The notes under the pieces are model-generated. The model saw only the letters and a list, made by a program, of their open reading frames with translations. It did no database searches and had not been told where the DNA came from. From contig CAXMSP010000009.1 of NCBI GenBank assembly GCA_964196225.1, positions 13,571 through 77,570 on the forward strand: a stretch of 64,000 bases of DNA, given 5' to 3'. The position numbers and the translations under genes were made by a program. Source of the DNA: an uncultured Gammaproteobacteria bacterium (GTDB taxonomy: Bacteria; Pseudomonadota; Gammaproteobacteria; GCA-001735895). Positions 30,891-41,256 of this stretch are shown here, piece after piece (position 1 is the stretch's first letter; the number at the start of each line of letters is the position of its first letter).

Positions 30891-33065
30891 ATGCAAATCG
30901 AACTCAACTCCCAGCCCAGACCCTTAAACCATTACCCGCTGTACTGGGCGGAATGCTTTGGTACGGCGCCGGTTTTGCCGATGTCGCGCGCAGAAATGGA
31001 GCAGCTCGGTTGGGATAGTTGCGACATCATTGTCGTGACTGGCGATGCCTACGTCGATCACCCGAGTTTCGGCATGGCGGTGATCGGGCGCCTGCTCGAA
31101 GCGCAGGGTTATCGAGTCGGTATTATCGCGCAGCCCGACTGGCATTCCGCCGAACCGTTTAAAGCGCTTGGCAAGCCCAATCTGTTTTTTGGCGTGACCG
31201 CGGGCAACATGGATTCGATGATTAATCGCTATACCGCGGACCGCAAAATCCGTAGCGACGATGCTTACTCACCGGGCGATGTCGGCGGAAAGCGACCCGA
31301 TCGCTGCTCAATCGTTTACGCACAACGTTGCCGTGAAGCCTTCACCGACACGCCCATTGTTATCGGTGGTATCGAAGCCTCGCTGCGCCGGATTGCGCAC
31401 TACGATTACTGGCAGGACAAGGTGAGGCGCTCAATCCTGGCCGACGCCAGGGCCGATATCCTGCTCTATGGCAATGCCGAGCGCGCAATCATTGAGATTG
31501 CGCATCGCCTCGCAAATGGCGAAACAGTTGATCAAATCACCGATGTGCGCGGGACCGCATTCTTCGTCAAGGACTTGCCGGCCGACTGGACCGTAATCGA
31601 TTCGACCAACGTGGACAAACCGGGCCGCGTGGAAAATCCACAAAACCCTTACGCGATTATCGATCAATCGGTTTGCGATGCAAGCCCGGACAATGACCAG
31701 GCGCCGAGTGCAGAGGTCAAACTCGAGGGTAAGCTCGCACGCGTGCAACAGAAACTCGAACAGCGCTTTAAAACCGTGGTGCGCCTGCCCTCTTTTAACG
31801 ATGTCAGTCGCGACCCGGTACTTTATGCGCATGCGAGTCGCGTGCTCCATCTCGAAACCAATCCCGGCAATGCGCGCGCACTGGTGCAAAACCAGGGCGG
31901 ACAGAAGATCTGGTTCAATCCGCCACCGATTCCACTCAGCACCGAAGAAATGGATTACGTATTCGGTTTCGATTATGCACGGGTGCCACACCCGGCTTAC
32001 GGTGACGCGCGTATTCCCGCGTACGAAATGATCCGCTTCTCGGTCAATATCATGCGCGGCTGTTTCGGCGGCTGTACCTTTTGCTCGATTACCGAACACG
32101 AGGGGCGCATCATCCAGAACCGCTCGCAGGAATCGATTCTGCGTGAAATCGAGACCATGCGAGACAAGGTGCCTGGTTTTACCGGGGTGGTATCCGATCT
32201 CGGCGGCCCGACCGCCAACATGTACCGGATCGCCTGCAAGTCAAAGGCGATCGAAACGGCCTGTCGCCGACCATCCTGCGTCTACCCGGGAATCTGTGAA
32301 AATCTCAATACCGATCATTCGGCCCTGATCGAACTTTACCGTGGCGCGCGCGCCATCGATGGCGTGAAAAAGGTTTTGATTAGTTCCGGACTACGTTACG
32401 ACCTCGCGGTAGAGTCGCCGAAGTACGTTGAAGAGCTGGTCACGCATCACGTCGGCGGTTATTTGAAAATCGCGCCCGAGCATACCGAGCAGGGCCCACT
32501 GTCAAAGATGATGAAACCGGGGATGGGTAGCTACGATCGCTTCAAGGCGCTGTTTGAAAAGTATTCCAGGAAGGCGGGCAAGGAGCAGTATCTTATCCCC
32601 TACTTCATCGCGGCCCATCCCGGCACCACCGAAGAAGACATGTTGAACCTTGCACTCTGGCTCAAACAAAACGGCTTTCGCGCAGACCAGGTACAAAATT
32701 TTTATCCGTCCCCGATGGCAACCGCAACCGCGATGTATCACAGTGGTAAAAATCCGCTCAAACGTGTCCGTCGCGATAGCGAGGAAGTCAACACTGCCAA
32801 AGGAGAGAAACAACGGCGCCTGCACAAGGCTTTTCTGCGCTACCATGACCCGGCTAACTGGCCCATGCTGCGCTCGGCGTTAAAGGATATGGGCAGGGAG
32901 GAAATGATCGGCAATGGCAAACATCAACTGATCCCGACACATCAGCCTCGCAATGCCGGGAGTTACCACAGCCCACGACGCAAGAACAGTTACCAGGCCC
33001 AATCGGGCCGGGTAAAAAAGGGAAGCATGTTAACGCAACACACCGGCTTACCGCCGCGCAAGTAG
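30891..33065 (+). CDS. ygiQ: YgiQ-family radical SAM protein (UPF0313)
   Basis: CxxxCxxC cluster ([15 protein letters not shown]). The N-terminus [33 protein letters not shown] closely resembles E. coli YgiQ. The ATG at 30891 is preferred over 30846. Confidence 0.92.
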   Translation: MQIELNSQPRPLNHYPLYWAECFGTAPVLPMSRAEMEQLGWDSCDIIVVTGDAYVDHPSFGMAVIGRLLEAQGYRVGIIAQPDWHSAEPFKALGKPNLFFGVTAGNMDSMINRYTADRKIRSDDAYSPGDVGGKRPDRCSIVYAQRCREAFTDTPIVIGGIEASLRRIAHYDYWQDKVRRSILADARADILLYGNAERAIIEIAHRLANGETVDQITDVRGTAFFVKDLPADWTVIDSTNVDKPGRVENPQNPYAIIDQSVCDASPDNDQAPSAEVKLEGKLARVQQKLEQRFKTVVRLPSFNDVSRDPVLYAHASRVLHLETNPGNARALVQNQGGQKIWFNPPPIPLSTEEMDYVFGFDYARVPHPAYGDARIPAYEMIRFSVNIMRGCFGGCTFCSITEHEGRIIQNRSQESILREIETMRDKVPGFTGVVSDLGGPTANMYRIACKSKAIETACRRPSCVYPGICENLNTDHSALIELYRGARAIDGVKKVLISSGLRYDLAVESPKYVEELVTHHVGGYLKIAPEHTEQGPLSKMMKPGMGSYDRFKALFEKYSRKAGKEQYLIPYFIAAHPGTTEEDMLNLALWLKQNGFRADQVQNFYPSPMATATAMYHSGKNPLKRVRRDSEEVNTAKGEKQRRLHKAFLRYHDPANWPMLRSALKDMGREEMIGNGKHQLIPTHQPRNAGSYHSPRRKNSYQAQSGRVKKGSMLTQHTGLPPRK

Positions 33066-33257
33066 AGATCTATTCTTTCTCGATCACGAGGGTAATCTGG
33101 CCAACCTTAAAACCCCACTTGGTCATGACTGACTCGTTTAACAATACTCGCTCCGACACCAGGTACATGCGGTCGTCGAACCTTGTTTTTAAAGACAGTT
33201 CGCGGACGCGGGCTGGAGGGATTCAAGGCGCTTGTTTAAGCCGATGCGCAGCGAAAT

Positions 33258-35792
33258 TCAGGCGGCTTCCATTTCGCTGATGTGTTCCTGGCAAAGTTTC
33301 ATCGAATCTGCCATTTGCTGACCGCTTTCAAAACGCTGCTGCGCTTCTTTTTCCAATATCTTGTCAATCAGATTATTGACACAGTTTGGCAGGTCGGAAC
33401 GGAAACGTCGGATATCGGGATGCTTCTCATTGGCGATGTTGTACATCAGACTGGCGATTGAATCACCCTTGAACGGTAATTCGCCACACAGCATCTGGTA
33501 CATAGTCACACCCAGTGAAAAAAGGTCTGCACGCCCATCGACTTTCTTACCTGCGAGGTGCTCTGGTGACATGTAGTAGGGGCTACCGATTACGGTGCCG
33601 GTTTTGGTCTTGCTCGCATCGGTGAGGCAGGCAACGCCAAAATCGGTTATCTTGGCAACGCGTTTTTCATCGTCATAAATGATATTTGCCGGCTTGATAT
33701 CACGATGCACTACGTGCTGCTGGTGTGCATAATCGAGTGCCATCGCAACGTTGATAATGATGTTGAAAACATCGCTTACCGGCAACAGCGACTTAGCGTT
33801 ACAGTAGGCTGTCAAGTCCTTGCCCTTGAGATAGTCCATCGCGATATAGGCAAGGTCCTGCTCGTCCCCGACGTCGTAAACAGTGACGATGCCAGGGTGA
33901 TCAAGCCTTCCTGCGGCCTCGGCTTCACGAAAAAAGCGGGTGCGCACTTCATCGCGCATATCCTCTTCTATCTCATCCGATAACAACATTGTCTTGATCG
34001 CCACGGTACGACCGATCTTGTCGTCCTGGCCGAGATAAACCATCCCCATCGCACCGCGTCCGATTTCACTGTCGATCCGGTAGCGTCCGAGCTTGGGCTT
34101 CTCAAGCGTATCCGCGCCCGAAATCAGGTTTGGACCCGGGCCCGTGGCGTCTCGATTACCGAGCACCACGGTATTTGCGGCATTTTCATTTTGCTGGACG
34201 CGCTCGCTGACGTCATTGAACTTGGGATCGCGCTCACTGATAAACTTGAACACTGCCGCTGCCTTGTTGAACTGGCGCTTGCGCTCATAATCGAGACCCA
34301 GGTTGTAAATCTGTCCGAGCAGTGAATCATCTGCCTGGCAGGTACGATACTTTGCGAATGCCTGATCCAGGTTTCCCTGCGCGTGCAGCGACTGCCCAAG
34401 TAAACGGTTCGCGGCTGAGAGCTCACCCTGCACCAGACTCAAACGCGCATTCACTGACTGACGCGTTCCGAGTATCAAAAGCCCAACGATTAACATGACC
34501 ACTGCGGACATCATCGGCAACCACAACGAATGTAAGCTCATCAGCATAAAATGCGCGTTAAAAATCATTAGTATCAAAAACAGGCTCAGAAAAAACGAGG
34601 TGTTGGCACGAAAACGACTCATTACCAGCATCAAATAAAGCCCGATCACAACGATAATTCCACGCTGCGCCCAGCCGGCCCAGTCTGGTAAACGATATTG
34701 TTCATTGTTGAGCAGACTCGAAACCGTATGGGCAATTGCCACTGTCGGTGAAATCGCCTGTCCAGTGGGTGTCAAACGCGGCTGCGCGAGGCGTGGAGAC
34801 GTCAATCCAACGATGACAATCTTGTCACGAAAAACGTCGGTGGCCACGCTCCCGTTGAGCACATCGATTAACGAATATAGCTTGAAGGCGGATTTACCAT
34901 CCTCGTCTTCATAGAAGTGCGGATAGATCCTGAAATTTATATCCGTACCAAGATCTTTCCCTCCGAGCATCGGGCTGGCACTGGCTCTGGATTCGATATG
35001 CTGCATTGACATACTTTTACTGCGGGTTGCGAGCATTAACGCAAACGATGGCAGATAATCGCTGCCGTACTGCACGATCAATGGTTCACTGTTGAACTGT
35101 TCGGCAAAACTGACTACACCAACTCCACTCGCCTGTTTGGTCAATATATCGATGGGCGGAAAGATTTCCGATGCTCGCGTAATTTTCGGGGACGGCCAGC
35201 CAAAACCGCGACCATTATTACCATTGACACTAACCTTGGGTAATGAAAACCTTTCCATATGCCTGGGTAGCGCAGGACTTAAACCAGTTACCGGCTTATC
35301 GGTGGGAATATATGGCATCGCGAGCACAATTCGGCCGCCAGATTTGAACGTTCTGGCCAGGTTCTTGTCGCCTAGCAATGTCGACTCGGTTGCAATTAGC
35401 GCTTTGTTAACGCGCCGGCCGAGTTTTTTCTCTTTCTTGAGGATGGCGCGCAACTTAGCTAACGAGGAAAGTCCTGCTTCGTGCTGCCTGGTGTCAAATG
35501 GCATCGTAAAACCTATGACATTGGGCTTGGCTTTCGATAATAAACGTGTGGTTGCGGCAATTACTTCGCGCGACCAGGGCCACGCCCCGAGCGCCTGTAG
35601 CGATTTATCGTCAATGGCAACTACTACGATGTCTTCGTGCGGTTCGGTCGATGCAGAAAGTTTAACCCCGAAATTGTATGCCTGACGATCGAGCGCAGAG
35701 AACCAGCCTGCCTCTGCGAAGAGCAGAAACAAGATGGTAATGACCAGTCCGATAAACCAGTCGCGGCGCAATAAAGACTTAATTGACGGCAT
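33258..35792 (-). CDS. CHASE2 sensor domain - multi-TM - TPR-like linker - Hanks-type Ser/Thr protein kinase
   Basis: 844 aa. N-terminal CHASE2 block (VVVAIDDKSLQALGAWPWSREV), hydrophobic helices around residues 375-450. Kinase motifs: VAIKTM, HRDIKPANI, DFG, SPYYMSPE. Confidence 0.85.
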   Translation of the reverse strand: MPSIKSLLRRDWFIGLVITILFLLFAEAGWFSALDRQAYNFGVKLSASTEPHEDIVVVAIDDKSLQALGAWPWSREVIAATTRLLSKAKPNVIGFTMPFDTRQHEAGLSSLAKLRAILKKEKKLGRRVNKALIATESTLLGDKNLARTFKSGGRIVLAMPYIPTDKPVTGLSPALPRHMERFSLPKVSVNGNNGRGFGWPSPKITRASEIFPPIDILTKQASGVGVVSFAEQFNSEPLIVQYGSDYLPSFALMLATRSKSMSMQHIESRASASPMLGGKDLGTDINFRIYPHFYEDEDGKSAFKLYSLIDVLNGSVATDVFRDKIVIVGLTSPRLAQPRLTPTGQAISPTVAIAHTVSSLLNNEQYRLPDWAGWAQRGIIVVIGLYLMLVMSRFRANTSFFLSLFLILMIFNAHFMLMSLHSLWLPMMSAVVMLIVGLLILGTRQSVNARLSLVQGELSAANRLLGQSLHAQGNLDQAFAKYRTCQADDSLLGQIYNLGLDYERKRQFNKAAAVFKFISERDPKFNDVSERVQQNENAANTVVLGNRDATGPGPNLISGADTLEKPKLGRYRIDSEIGRGAMGMVYLGQDDKIGRTVAIKTMLLSDEIEEDMRDEVRTRFFREAEAAGRLDHPGIVTVYDVGDEQDLAYIAMDYLKGKDLTAYCNAKSLLPVSDVFNIIINVAMALDYAHQQHVVHRDIKPANIIYDDEKRVAKITDFGVACLTDASKTKTGTVIGSPYYMSPEHLAGKKVDGRADLFSLGVTMYQMLCGELPFKGDSIASLMYNIANEKHPDIRRFRSDLPNCVNNLIDKILEKEAQQRFESGQQMADSMKLCQEHISEMEAA

Positions 35793-35956
35793 TCAAGCTT
35801 CGCTATTTTTTTAACTACCCAGCTGTTTGTTGTCTTATAGTCTATTCGTGAGGATTTTCTGCTTCGATTGCATATAAGTCGACAGGTTCACAGAGTAGAA
35901 TTAATTGCGCTTGGCAACACATTCTTTTAGCCTTCACGGCAACTCTCGAGCTCGCT

Positions 35957-37828
35957 ATGCCTGATTCAATCAAGCTATTGTCAACCCGCCGTTTCCGGCC
36001 ATTCTTTCTGACCCAGTTGCTGGGTGCCTTCAATGATAATCTTTATAAAAACGGGTTGACGATTTTCATTGCGTTTCAGGCGGCAAGCGTTTCCCAGCAG
36101 CAAAGCAATACCCTGGTTAATATCGCCGCCGGCTTGTTCATTCTTCCATTTTTCCTGTTTTCACCCATTGCAGGGCAGCTTGCTGACAAGCACGAAAAAT
36201 CGATGTTAATCAGGCGTATCAAGTTACTTGAAATCATGATAATGCTGCTTGGGGGAATCGCCTTCGTATTACAAAGTCCAGAATTACTGGTAGCGATTCT
36301 ATTTTTAATGGGGACCCAGTCCGCCCTGTTCGGACCAGTCAAATATAGCTTGCTGCCCCAGGCGTTAAAGCCTGCAGAATTGGTGGGTGGAAATGCAATG
36401 GTCGAGTTCGGGACTTTTATCGCAATCCTGATGGGATTAATCGTGAGCGTCTACGTGATTGGTCTGGGCCATGCGGCGATGGCCATCGCCGTAGTGCTTA
36501 CGGCCTGTATCGGTTACTGGGCAAGTCGTGGCATTCCACCGCTTGCTGCGGGAGACCCGGAACTCAAGATCAGCTTTAATATTCCAAAACAAACTCTCAG
36601 CATTTTGCGCGATGCGCGTGAGAATATGACCGTGTTTTACTCGATAATGGGTATTTCATGGTTCTGGTTTATCGGTATTACCTACATTACCCAATTGCCC
36701 AATTTCGTTCGCTATGAACTTGGCGCAAATGAGCAGGTTTATATCTTGTTGCTGGCGATGTTTTCAATTGGCATCGGTGCCGGTTCATTCCTGTGCGAGC
36801 GTCTTTCTGGTCGTATCGTCGAAATCGGCCTGGTGCCCATTGGGGCGCTGGGTTTGACGCTTTTTGGCATAGACCTCTACTTCAACCAGGACCTGTCATC
36901 CAGTGATATCCTGATCGGTCCGTCAGGTTTCCTGGCGCAGGGTTCGAGTCTCCGGGTATGCTTTGACATCGTCATGCTGGGTGTCTCCGGCGGTGTTTAC
37001 ATCGTGCCGCTTTATGCACTGGTGCAGCAACGTAGTAAGCCCGACAAACGCTCCCGCATCATCGCAGCTAACAATGTACTGAATGCACTGTTTATGGTGG
37101 CGGCTTCGCTCTACGGACTGTTTGCGCTGTCTACCGGGGCTTCGATTCCAATGCTGTTTTTGATCCTGGCATTTATGAACGCGGCGGTCGCACTATTCAT
37201 CTTCATGCTGGTGCCCGAGTTCATTATGCGCCTGTTGGTATGGCTCCTGGTCCACACGCTATATCGGGTCGAGAAAACCGGGCTCGAGCAGATTCCCGAT
37301 GACGGACCGGCCGTGCTTATCTGTAATCATGTGAGTTTTGTCGATGCCCTTGTTCTGGCCGGCTGCATCCGGCGCCCGATACGCTTCATCATGTATTACC
37401 AGATATTTGAATTACCGATTCTCTCTTTTATTTTCAAAACCGCAAATGCAATTCCAATAGCGGCAGAGCACGAGGATAAAGACATGATGGAACGCGCCTT
37501 CGACGAGGTCAGTAACGCGTTGCAACAGGGCGAACTGGTGTGCATATTTCCCGAGGGCAAGATTACCGAAAGCGGTGAAATCGGCCCTTTCAAACCCGGC
37601 ATAACCCGCATCCTGCAGCGCGACCCGGTTCCAGTGATACCGCTGGCACTGCGCGGCCTGTGGGGGAGTTTTTTCAGTCGGGCATATGGCAACGCCATGA
37701 CCCGCCTGCTTCCGCGTGGCATGTTGAGTCGTATCGAGTTGATCGCGGGCGATGCTATTAATGCCAGCGATGCCAGGCCAGACCTGCTGCAACAGAACGT
37801 ATTGCAGCTTCGCGGCGAGCGTCTTTAG
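35957..37828 (+). CDS. fused MFS (LplT-like lysophospholipid transporter) / PlsC-type acyltransferase
   Basis: 623 aa. The N-terminal ~400 aa form a 12-TM MFS region. The C-terminus carries the acyltransferase HX4D motif (NHVSFVDA) and FPEG block. Confidence 0.85.
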   Translation: MPDSIKLLSTRRFRPFFLTQLLGAFNDNLYKNGLTIFIAFQAASVSQQQSNTLVNIAAGLFILPFFLFSPIAGQLADKHEKSMLIRRIKLLEIMIMLLGGIAFVLQSPELLVAILFLMGTQSALFGPVKYSLLPQALKPAELVGGNAMVEFGTFIAILMGLIVSVYVIGLGHAAMAIAVVLTACIGYWASRGIPPLAAGDPELKISFNIPKQTLSILRDARENMTVFYSIMGISWFWFIGITYITQLPNFVRYELGANEQVYILLLAMFSIGIGAGSFLCERLSGRIVEIGLVPIGALGLTLFGIDLYFNQDLSSSDILIGPSGFLAQGSSLRVCFDIVMLGVSGGVYIVPLYALVQQRSKPDKRSRIIAANNVLNALFMVAASLYGLFALSTGASIPMLFLILAFMNAAVALFIFMLVPEFIMRLLVWLLVHTLYRVEKTGLEQIPDDGPAVLICNHVSFVDALVLAGCIRRPIRFIMYYQIFELPILSFIFKTANAIPIAAEHEDKDMMERAFDEVSNALQQGELVCIFPEGKITESGEIGPFKPGITRILQRDPVPVIPLALRGLWGSFFSRAYGNAMTRLLPRGMLSRIELIAGDAINASDARPDLLQQNVLQLRGERL

Positions 37829-37939
37829 TCTTCCATCAACTCCAGCAAAAAACGCAAATCATACCTTTGATGTCTATTTTTGCAGAAATAACTTGTCTAT
37901 AATGACCGCCCTTTATTTTTGCCCTTAGCGGAGACACAT

Positions 37940-39466
37940 ATGAGCCAGCCAGCTGAAGCCGTATCCTCAGAAATCACGCAGTTAAGCCACTATATCAATG
38001 GCGAACACGTCGCCGGCACCAGTGGGCGTTTTGGTGATATTTTCAATCCAAGCAGGGGCGTAAAAATCAGTGCGGTTCCATTGGCGTCGAAATCGGAGGT
38101 TGAGGCCGCGATAGCCGTTGCCGAGGCCGCGTTTCCTGACTGGGCCGCGACTTCTGTTCTACAGCGCTCAAGAATCATGGCGCGCTACGTGCAGTTACTC
38201 TACAAACACCAGCATGAACTGGCTTCACTGGTGTCAACCGAACACGGCAAGGTCATCGAAGATGCGATGGGATCGGTATTGCGCGGTATCGAAGTAGCCG
38301 AGTTTGCCTGTGGTGCACCGCATGCCCAAAAGGGTGAGTTTTCCGATAACGTAGCACGCGGCATCGATATCTACTCGATGCGCAAGCCGCTGGGTGTGGT
38401 CGCCGGCATCACTCCATTTAATTTTCCCGCGATGATTCCATTGTGGATGACAGGAATGGCGTTGATTACCGGTAACACCGTGGTGCTGAAGCCTTCGGAA
38501 AAAGATCCTTCCTGCCCCATCCGGCTGGCTGAACTGTTCATCGAAGCCGGGGCGCCTCCCGGTGTCTTTAACGTCGTCAACGGTGATAAGGAAGCCGTCG
38601 ATACCCTGCTCAACGACGAGCGTATCAAGGCGATCAGCTTCGTTGGGTCGACCCCGATTGCGAAATACGTTTACGCCACCGCCACGGCAAACGGCAAACG
38701 TTGCCAGGCCATGGGGGGTGCCAAAAACCACATGCTGATCCTGCCCGATGCAGATCTCGGGGATGTCGCCAATGCGCTAATGGGCGCGGCTTATGGTTCT
38801 GCTGGCGAACGCTGCATGTCCATTTCGGTCGGTGTCTGTGTCGGCGATGAGGTTGCCGATCAGTTAATCGATATTTTAAAACCACGCGTCGAAGCACTGC
38901 GCATTGGTTCCAGCCTCGATACCAACCTCGAAATGGGCCCACTGGTGACTAAAGAGCACCGCGAAAAGGTCATGAACTATATCCAGATGGCTGAGGACGA
39001 AGGCTCACGCCTGGTCGTTGATGGCCGCGATTTCGTGTGTGACGGCCATGAGAATGGCTTCTTTCTGGGCGGTTCACTAATCGACAATGTCACCCCTGAA
39101 ATGCAGTCTTACCAGGAAGAGATTTTTGGCCCGGTGCTGCAAATTATGCGCGTTGGTTCGTTTGAAGAGGGAGCTGCACTGGCTACCGATCACCCTTACG
39201 GCAACGGCACTTCTATTTTCACTAAAAACGGGGCCGCTGCACGCACCTTTGCCGACAAGGTCGAGGTTGGTATGGTCGGAATTAACGTCCCGATTCCGGT
39301 ACCGTTGGCTTTCCACAGCTTTGGCGGCTGGAAGTCTTCGGCTTTTGGTGATCACAACCAGTACGGTATGGAAGCATTACGATTTTACACCAAGGTAAAA
39401 ACCGTAACTTCACGCTGGCTGGATCGTGGGCTCGACGCCGAGTTTACAATGCCGGTGTTGAAGTAA
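37940..39466 (+). CDS. mmsA: CoA-acylating methylmalonate-semialdehyde dehydrogenase
   Basis: Aldehyde dehydrogenase with the MmsA-type catalytic region (GERCMSISV) and FNFPAMIPLWM. ATG at 37940 has a ggaga SD. Confidence 0.92.
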   Translation: MSQPAEAVSSEITQLSHYINGEHVAGTSGRFGDIFNPSRGVKISAVPLASKSEVEAAIAVAEAAFPDWAATSVLQRSRIMARYVQLLYKHQHELASLVSTEHGKVIEDAMGSVLRGIEVAEFACGAPHAQKGEFSDNVARGIDIYSMRKPLGVVAGITPFNFPAMIPLWMTGMALITGNTVVLKPSEKDPSCPIRLAELFIEAGAPPGVFNVVNGDKEAVDTLLNDERIKAISFVGSTPIAKYVYATATANGKRCQAMGGAKNHMLILPDADLGDVANALMGAAYGSAGERCMSISVGVCVGDEVADQLIDILKPRVEALRIGSSLDTNLEMGPLVTKEHREKVMNYIQMAEDEGSRLVVDGRDFVCDGHENGFFLGGSLIDNVTPEMQSYQEEIFGPVLQIMRVGSFEEGAALATDHPYGNGTSIFTKNGAAARTFADKVEVGMVGINVPIPVPLAFHSFGGWKSSAFGDHNQYGMEALRFYTKVKTVTSRWLDRGLDAEFTMPVLK

Positions 39467-39586
39467 CGACTCGGCTGACTTGAGCTTGATTTTTTCTGTT
39501 ACCACCACCCTCATTTTGATGGGGGTGGTAACCTGACCCGGTTAATTGCGTCAACCGGGCTGGACTACCCGATAGGGCAATAACCC

Positions 39587-40294
39587 CTAATTGTTAAAAC
39601 CGTAGTCGTAACTCTGGCCTCCGCTGGAATCATACACTTGCGCATGGAACGAGACGATAACGCGGTCTTCTGCACCGTTATAGGGGAAGGGCATATGCTT
39701 GATATGCGATGGAAACACACAGAGCTTGCCATCCTCAGGGTAGGAATCCCAACTGCTATCGTGCAGATAGTAATTACCGTAATCACCGAAACCACCCGCC
39801 ATGTGCTCGATATGCGGCCCATAAAAGCGGGTAGTCCCGTTCGGTTGTTCACCACGATGCGAGTCCGGTGACTTACTGCAATCACCCGAGCGCACGTAGT
39901 AAACCCCGGACCAGGAGCAATTGCCATGCACATGCATTTCATGGAAGGCATGATTGTTTGAAATCTGAAACCAGAGGCCAGTAATGTTAACGCGCACTTT
40001 TTCGCCACTACTCCACAAACCCTCATTGGCTACCTTCGCGACTTCAACAATCCCCTGACTGATGAATTCCGCCAGCTCGTTTAGCTCATTATGAAGAGGA
40101 TACTTGCTGAGCAGGTCATCACCGCTGGCATAGGCCTACTGCGGTTTGCCCTGCTCTCGATCACGGTGTTGGTAAAACAATTCTAACAGTATCGGATTTA
40201 CCTTTTGATAATGCGCAAAACGCTTCACCAGTAATATGGTCGGCCACAGAGTAATGATGTTCTGATTGCCGACTGCTTTAGGTTTCTTTGCCAT
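39587..40294 (-). pseudogene. 2OG-Fe(II) oxygenase-like protein (TIGR02466/PF13759-like) interrupted by an in-frame TAG
   Basis: An ATG at 40294 opens a reading frame that is the same frame as the 39587-40018 ORF. A single TAG at 40136-40138 separates them. The downstream part carries HxH...H-type motifs (FHEMHVHGNCSWSGVYYV, FPSHIKH). Confidence 0.65.
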
Positions 40295-40335
40295 AAGCTT
40301 TTATCGGTTTCCTTTAAGTGTCAATGATTAATCGC

Positions 40336-41256
40336 TTAAGTTAACGGTGTCTTGCCATAGCGTTGACATTCTTCAATATAAGCACCCGCTCTTTTCGTCA
40401 TCGGCACGCGGGCACTGGCAATATAGCTAATCAGCAACCTGCCTTCCTGAATCAGATCCCGCCCGTAGGCTATTCGCATGCGCAGCATTTGATCAGCCCT
40501 GGCGGGCAACCTGGGCCTGAATGCATCGAGCCTTTCACCCAACGAGACGAAGTTCGGCCATACCTGAAAAATAATCGGATCCTTTTTCATGGTTTCGGCA
40601 GCCTCTCGTGCGGCCGTCGCGTAATCTACGATCAAACCTTCCAGTCCGACAAACAGCGGCTGGCTGCAGAACACCTCTAACATGCAGTTTGCAAGCTGGT
40701 CAATCTCACGCATCCCTTGTGCAATTTTTATGAACCTTGACTCGTAAAAGTCAGCAATAGGCATTGTAAAGGCTTTGAATGGTTCGCCCCAGACCTCGTC
40801 GATTCCCTCGCAGCCACTATGATGCCTGACCTGTTGACCCAGGGTTAGCGCCTCCTCAAAACAATCGCTGCACTGGCGCATTAATTCATTGTTCTCACTG
40901 ACCTGCACGCCGAGCTCACCCAGGTCCACGATCGTGGTAAACAAATCCGTGGCCCGGTTGAAAAGTGCGCCCGCCAGCATGGCTGCGTTGACGCGCTTAC
41001 GTTCTGGATCGGTTTCACTTGCGTAAGCTTCGCGGGCAAGCTCAAGACTCCTGCCCGGAGTATTGATACCGGCTTCGGTATGGTGAAACGCACGCCGGGT
41101 AAGACTGTCGATCAAGCGCTTGCGATTGGTCAGCGAATCTTGCAGCGGTGCATAGTATCGAATCCAGTAACCATCGAAGAAAACACGCTCAATGTTATCG
41201 ATAATGCGTTTATCCCCATTTTTCGGGGGAAGATTACTTTCAGAAGCGGTTTCCAT
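40336..41256 (-). CDS. hypothetical 306-aa, predicted all-alpha protein
   Basis: Long ORF with coding-like composition and no family recognised. Ends 41 nt upstream of the oxygenase-like gene on the same strand. Confidence 0.6.
   Translation of the reverse strand: METASESNLPPKNGDKRIIDNIERVFFDGYWIRYYAPLQDSLTNRKRLIDSLTRRAFHHTEAGINTPGRSLELAREAYASETDPERKRVNAAMLAGALFNRATDLFTTIVDLGELGVQVSENNELMRQCSDCFEEALTLGQQVRHHSGCEGIDEVWGEPFKAFTMPIADFYESRFIKIAQGMREIDQLANCMLEVFCSQPLFVGLEGLIVDYATAAREAAETMKKDPIIFQVWPNFVSLGERLDAFRPRLPARADQMLRMRIAYGRDLIQEGRLLISYIASARVPMTKRAGAYIEECQRYGKTPLT

Noticed and set aside
31431-32099. 222-aa minus-strand ORF inside ygiQ
   Set aside because: It is antisense to the radical SAM core of ygiQ, so it is a shadow ORF.
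33066-33257. Possible small gene or terminator in the ygiQ / kinase convergent spacer
   Set aside because: On careful re-translation only a 20-codon ORF is present, and there is no convincing stem plus T-tract. Nothing here is supportable.
35092-35685. 197-aa plus-strand ORF inside the CHASE2 kinase gene
   Set aside because: It is antisense to the CHASE2 domain coding region and no motif is recognisable.
38234-38942. 165-aa and 102-aa minus-strand ORFs inside mmsA
   Set aside because: They are antisense shadow ORFs within a well-supported aldehyde dehydrogenase gene.
39565-40026. 153-aa alternative-frame ORF overlapping the oxygenase-like gene
   Set aside because: The other minus-strand frame (39587-40018) carries the 2OG-oxygenase-like His motifs. 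This frame gives a Cys/Arg-rich sequence that does not look like a protein.
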